Positions 61,520-64,000 of a DNA stretch of 64,000 bases are shown one piece after another (the stretch's first letter is position 1; the number at the start of each line of letters is the position of its first letter). The notes under the pieces were generated by a model. That model was not told the origin of the DNA. It did no database searches and worked only from the letters and a program-made list of their open reading frames with translations. A program made the translations under genes and the position numbers. This stretch comes from Chlorokybus atmophyticus (taxonomy: Eukaryota; Plantae; Mesostigma and Chlorokybus algae): assembly GCA_009103225.1 (NCBI GenBank), contig RHPI01001037.1, positions 1 through 64,000 on the forward strand, written 5' to 3'.

Positions 61520-64000
61520 CCAGTGTAGCGATATATACCATTATGTCTTGGATTAGCACTTTGCCATTGCGTGCTGCGAATAAGCTGCTCGGCATCATGC
61601 CCACCTCGGGCAGATGTAGGGCTGCTGGAGCAATACGGAAAGCCCTACATGTAGCTGCAGTTCCTTCCGCTGGGCTGTAGACGGGCAGCACCATTCATTG
61701 CTGGTGGTAGCTGCGGGAGCACTCAGGAGCGTGTCCGCAGTCAGTTGCCGCTGAGCAGCATACCATTGGGCATCGAAGTTGTTGTTAATTGTGTAGAATA
61801 TGTAGGTAATAGATATACCATGAATGAAGCGCTGTGCTATGCCTAGTGACACATCTGCCACAGCCGAGATTACACCAATCTGTTTGCCTGTTGCAACAAG
61901 CATGTAGCAACTGCAAACAACACTGCTTGCATCCAATGTCATGTTCAGCGGTGGCCACAGCTCAACAGCTGAACAAGCTGCCAGTAGTATACTACAGACA
62001 TCACTGGTTCTGGTCTCATTTGGTTTTGTGTGAAATGTCGAATCATAGCGAGAACAAGGTACGAGAGTGACAAGATAGTGTGGCAGCAAGTTTGTGCACA
62101 CACCGCGTTGCGCATAGATGCTTCGTAATAAAATTCTGGTTGTTACTGACGTACGTGGTTGTGTTAGGTGCTATGTGCAGGCCTTTTGCACAAACCTGTA
62201 CGAGCCGCATGCTTTGCTTGTATGTGCTTGTGTGCTCATCGCGCTTTCCACGCATTCCATTTCGACAAATCGGCAAATGAAAGATTCAACCGAAGTTATG
62301 CACTTGATTATGCTCGGTTTGCGATTGAGCATGTGTTTTTGTCAGCAAACGTGCGTATGTAGTTCAATAACAAATGGACTGCCGTATGAGGAAAGGTTGG
62401 GTGGGTTAAACGCAGAGATGCATAGGGCAAACGAAGCAGGCACAACAAGCAAAGGCAATTGCATCTACACCCGGGGCCACCTACTCGATACTTTAATTGC
62501 TGTGCAATGCTATTGCACACTACCATTGGCAATGGTAGTGGGGCAAGCTGTTGGCAGCAAATAGCAGTGGCTCAACCAACCAACTTAAAGATACAAGGCA
62601 GGGAGTTAAGTCTGGGCTTGGGCGTTTGTAGGACGAAGATAGGAGTGGAGCTGTGCAAAGATCTAGACCCCTGCCCCCGGCCATCATCACGTAGTATGAT
62701 AAGCATATGCTTGACGATTCATTGCTAGTAATTATGGTGTTGTATCTTAAGGCACACAATTGCATACTCCCTCAATCTGTATGTGTCACACAATGCAAAT
62801 CGCTGCTACCACATCATGCGTTATGGGCCACAAATGTACAAAAGATGCAAGAGGAAGTTCGTATGCAAGCGTACGTGCACATGCAATGCCACAAACACCA
62901 CACACCCACCACATTGACCACCGGGGCAAGGCCTCTACATGCTACCTATTGACTACCTAAAACTCTACCACTACTGCCCCCCTGTATATACACCGCACAT
63001 CACGCCACAGCCGTTTAACAACATACAGCCGCTGGCTCCCACGCTCAACTATGCACCGCAGTGGCCTCTATGTTGAGAGGCTGAGGTCATCAACATTCAA
63101 TCGGAGATTGATGTCACCGCTGTTGCTCCCCGTGTGATGATGACCATAGCATATGCTCGCTGCAAGGCTGTAATTGGTATTCTCCGACGACTCGTCGCAA
63201 TCTACCCGCCTCCACCGCCCGCACCGCCACGCCCACTTTATTTCCACACGCCGTCGTGCTGGTGTCTGACATCAACTTCGCATGACCAGGCTTCACTGCA
63301 ACCAAGTTTAGATAGAGGCCTGCTGTGCGACTTTCGTGTCCTTCTCAGATGAGCATAAAATCCAGCTGCCCGCGGCTCATGACGCAGACGTTTGTGATTA
63401 TAATAAACACATCGTTGCGCACCGCATCGTGCACGTGGGTGGTGATCCGCTCCCAGCAACAGGTGTGTACCCTTCGGTAGCAACGACGCTTCTTTCCAAC
63501 ATGTTAACACCGAACAACTCATGCAAGTTGTATGCATGATCACTAATTTCATATGGACCATGGCTAATTTGAGATTCAACCACCTGCACGATGTCGTGCC
63601 ATATCCCGTCGTTGCTTGATGACGTCGTCCATCAGCTTGTCATAGCTCTACAATGCTGCACCTTCTTCATCTTCACATGTTGTCGTAGCTTCCTCCGTAC
63701 ATGTATGCTAGCTCAGGAATCTCCTCCAGCTGCCCCACTAATGTACATACTCACACACATGATACGACACTCAACAAGCGCGCATCACAGCATATCCAGG
63801 CATGTGCACGCTCAAGGCAAGCACACAACCAAGGCAACGACCAACCAAGTCTTGAAGCCTCTACATGTAGCTGTATGCTCATAATAAAGCAAAGAACTTG
63901 CGCTCAACTAGCTGCAACACAAATCAAGAACACTTACATACCCTCCTACCACGCCTATACAACCGTTTTAACCACTTTAGCTGCCACAACTACCATACAA

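Noticed and set aside
61595-62101. 168-aa minus-strand ORF
   Set aside because: No recognisable motif; composition resembles UTR/intergenic sequence downstream of SEC14.

Overview
Intron-rich eukaryotic nuclear DNA from the green lineage. Plant-type genes (DEX1, CYP38, XEG113-like, SAMBA-like, At4g29070-type PLA2) with short GT-AG introns suggest a green alga, possibly an early-diverging streptophyte (inference only). Bases 1-8700 are an accessory, transposon-rich block: an orphan multi-exon gene, hairpin and minisatellite arrays, and a nest of miniature LTR retroelements (TRIMs). Two apparently unrelated TRIM families each build a tRNA-type Pol III promoter across the 5' LTR/PBS junction, with the A box in the LTR and the B box just after the PBS. 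Bases 9000-62000 are a compact gene-rich block: secreted Pro-rich protein, DNAJC2, DEX1, SNRNP25, SAMBA-like, FTase alpha, a plant conserved unknown protein, half a thioredoxin, PLA2-like, HAD/CECR5, FNR-like, GT77 arabinosyltransferase, CYP38 and SEC14. The SAMBA-like ORF ends only 88 bp before the FTase alpha start codon, a candidate bicistronic locus. Gene models were assembled by eye and family calls come from recalled motifs; no database search was run.
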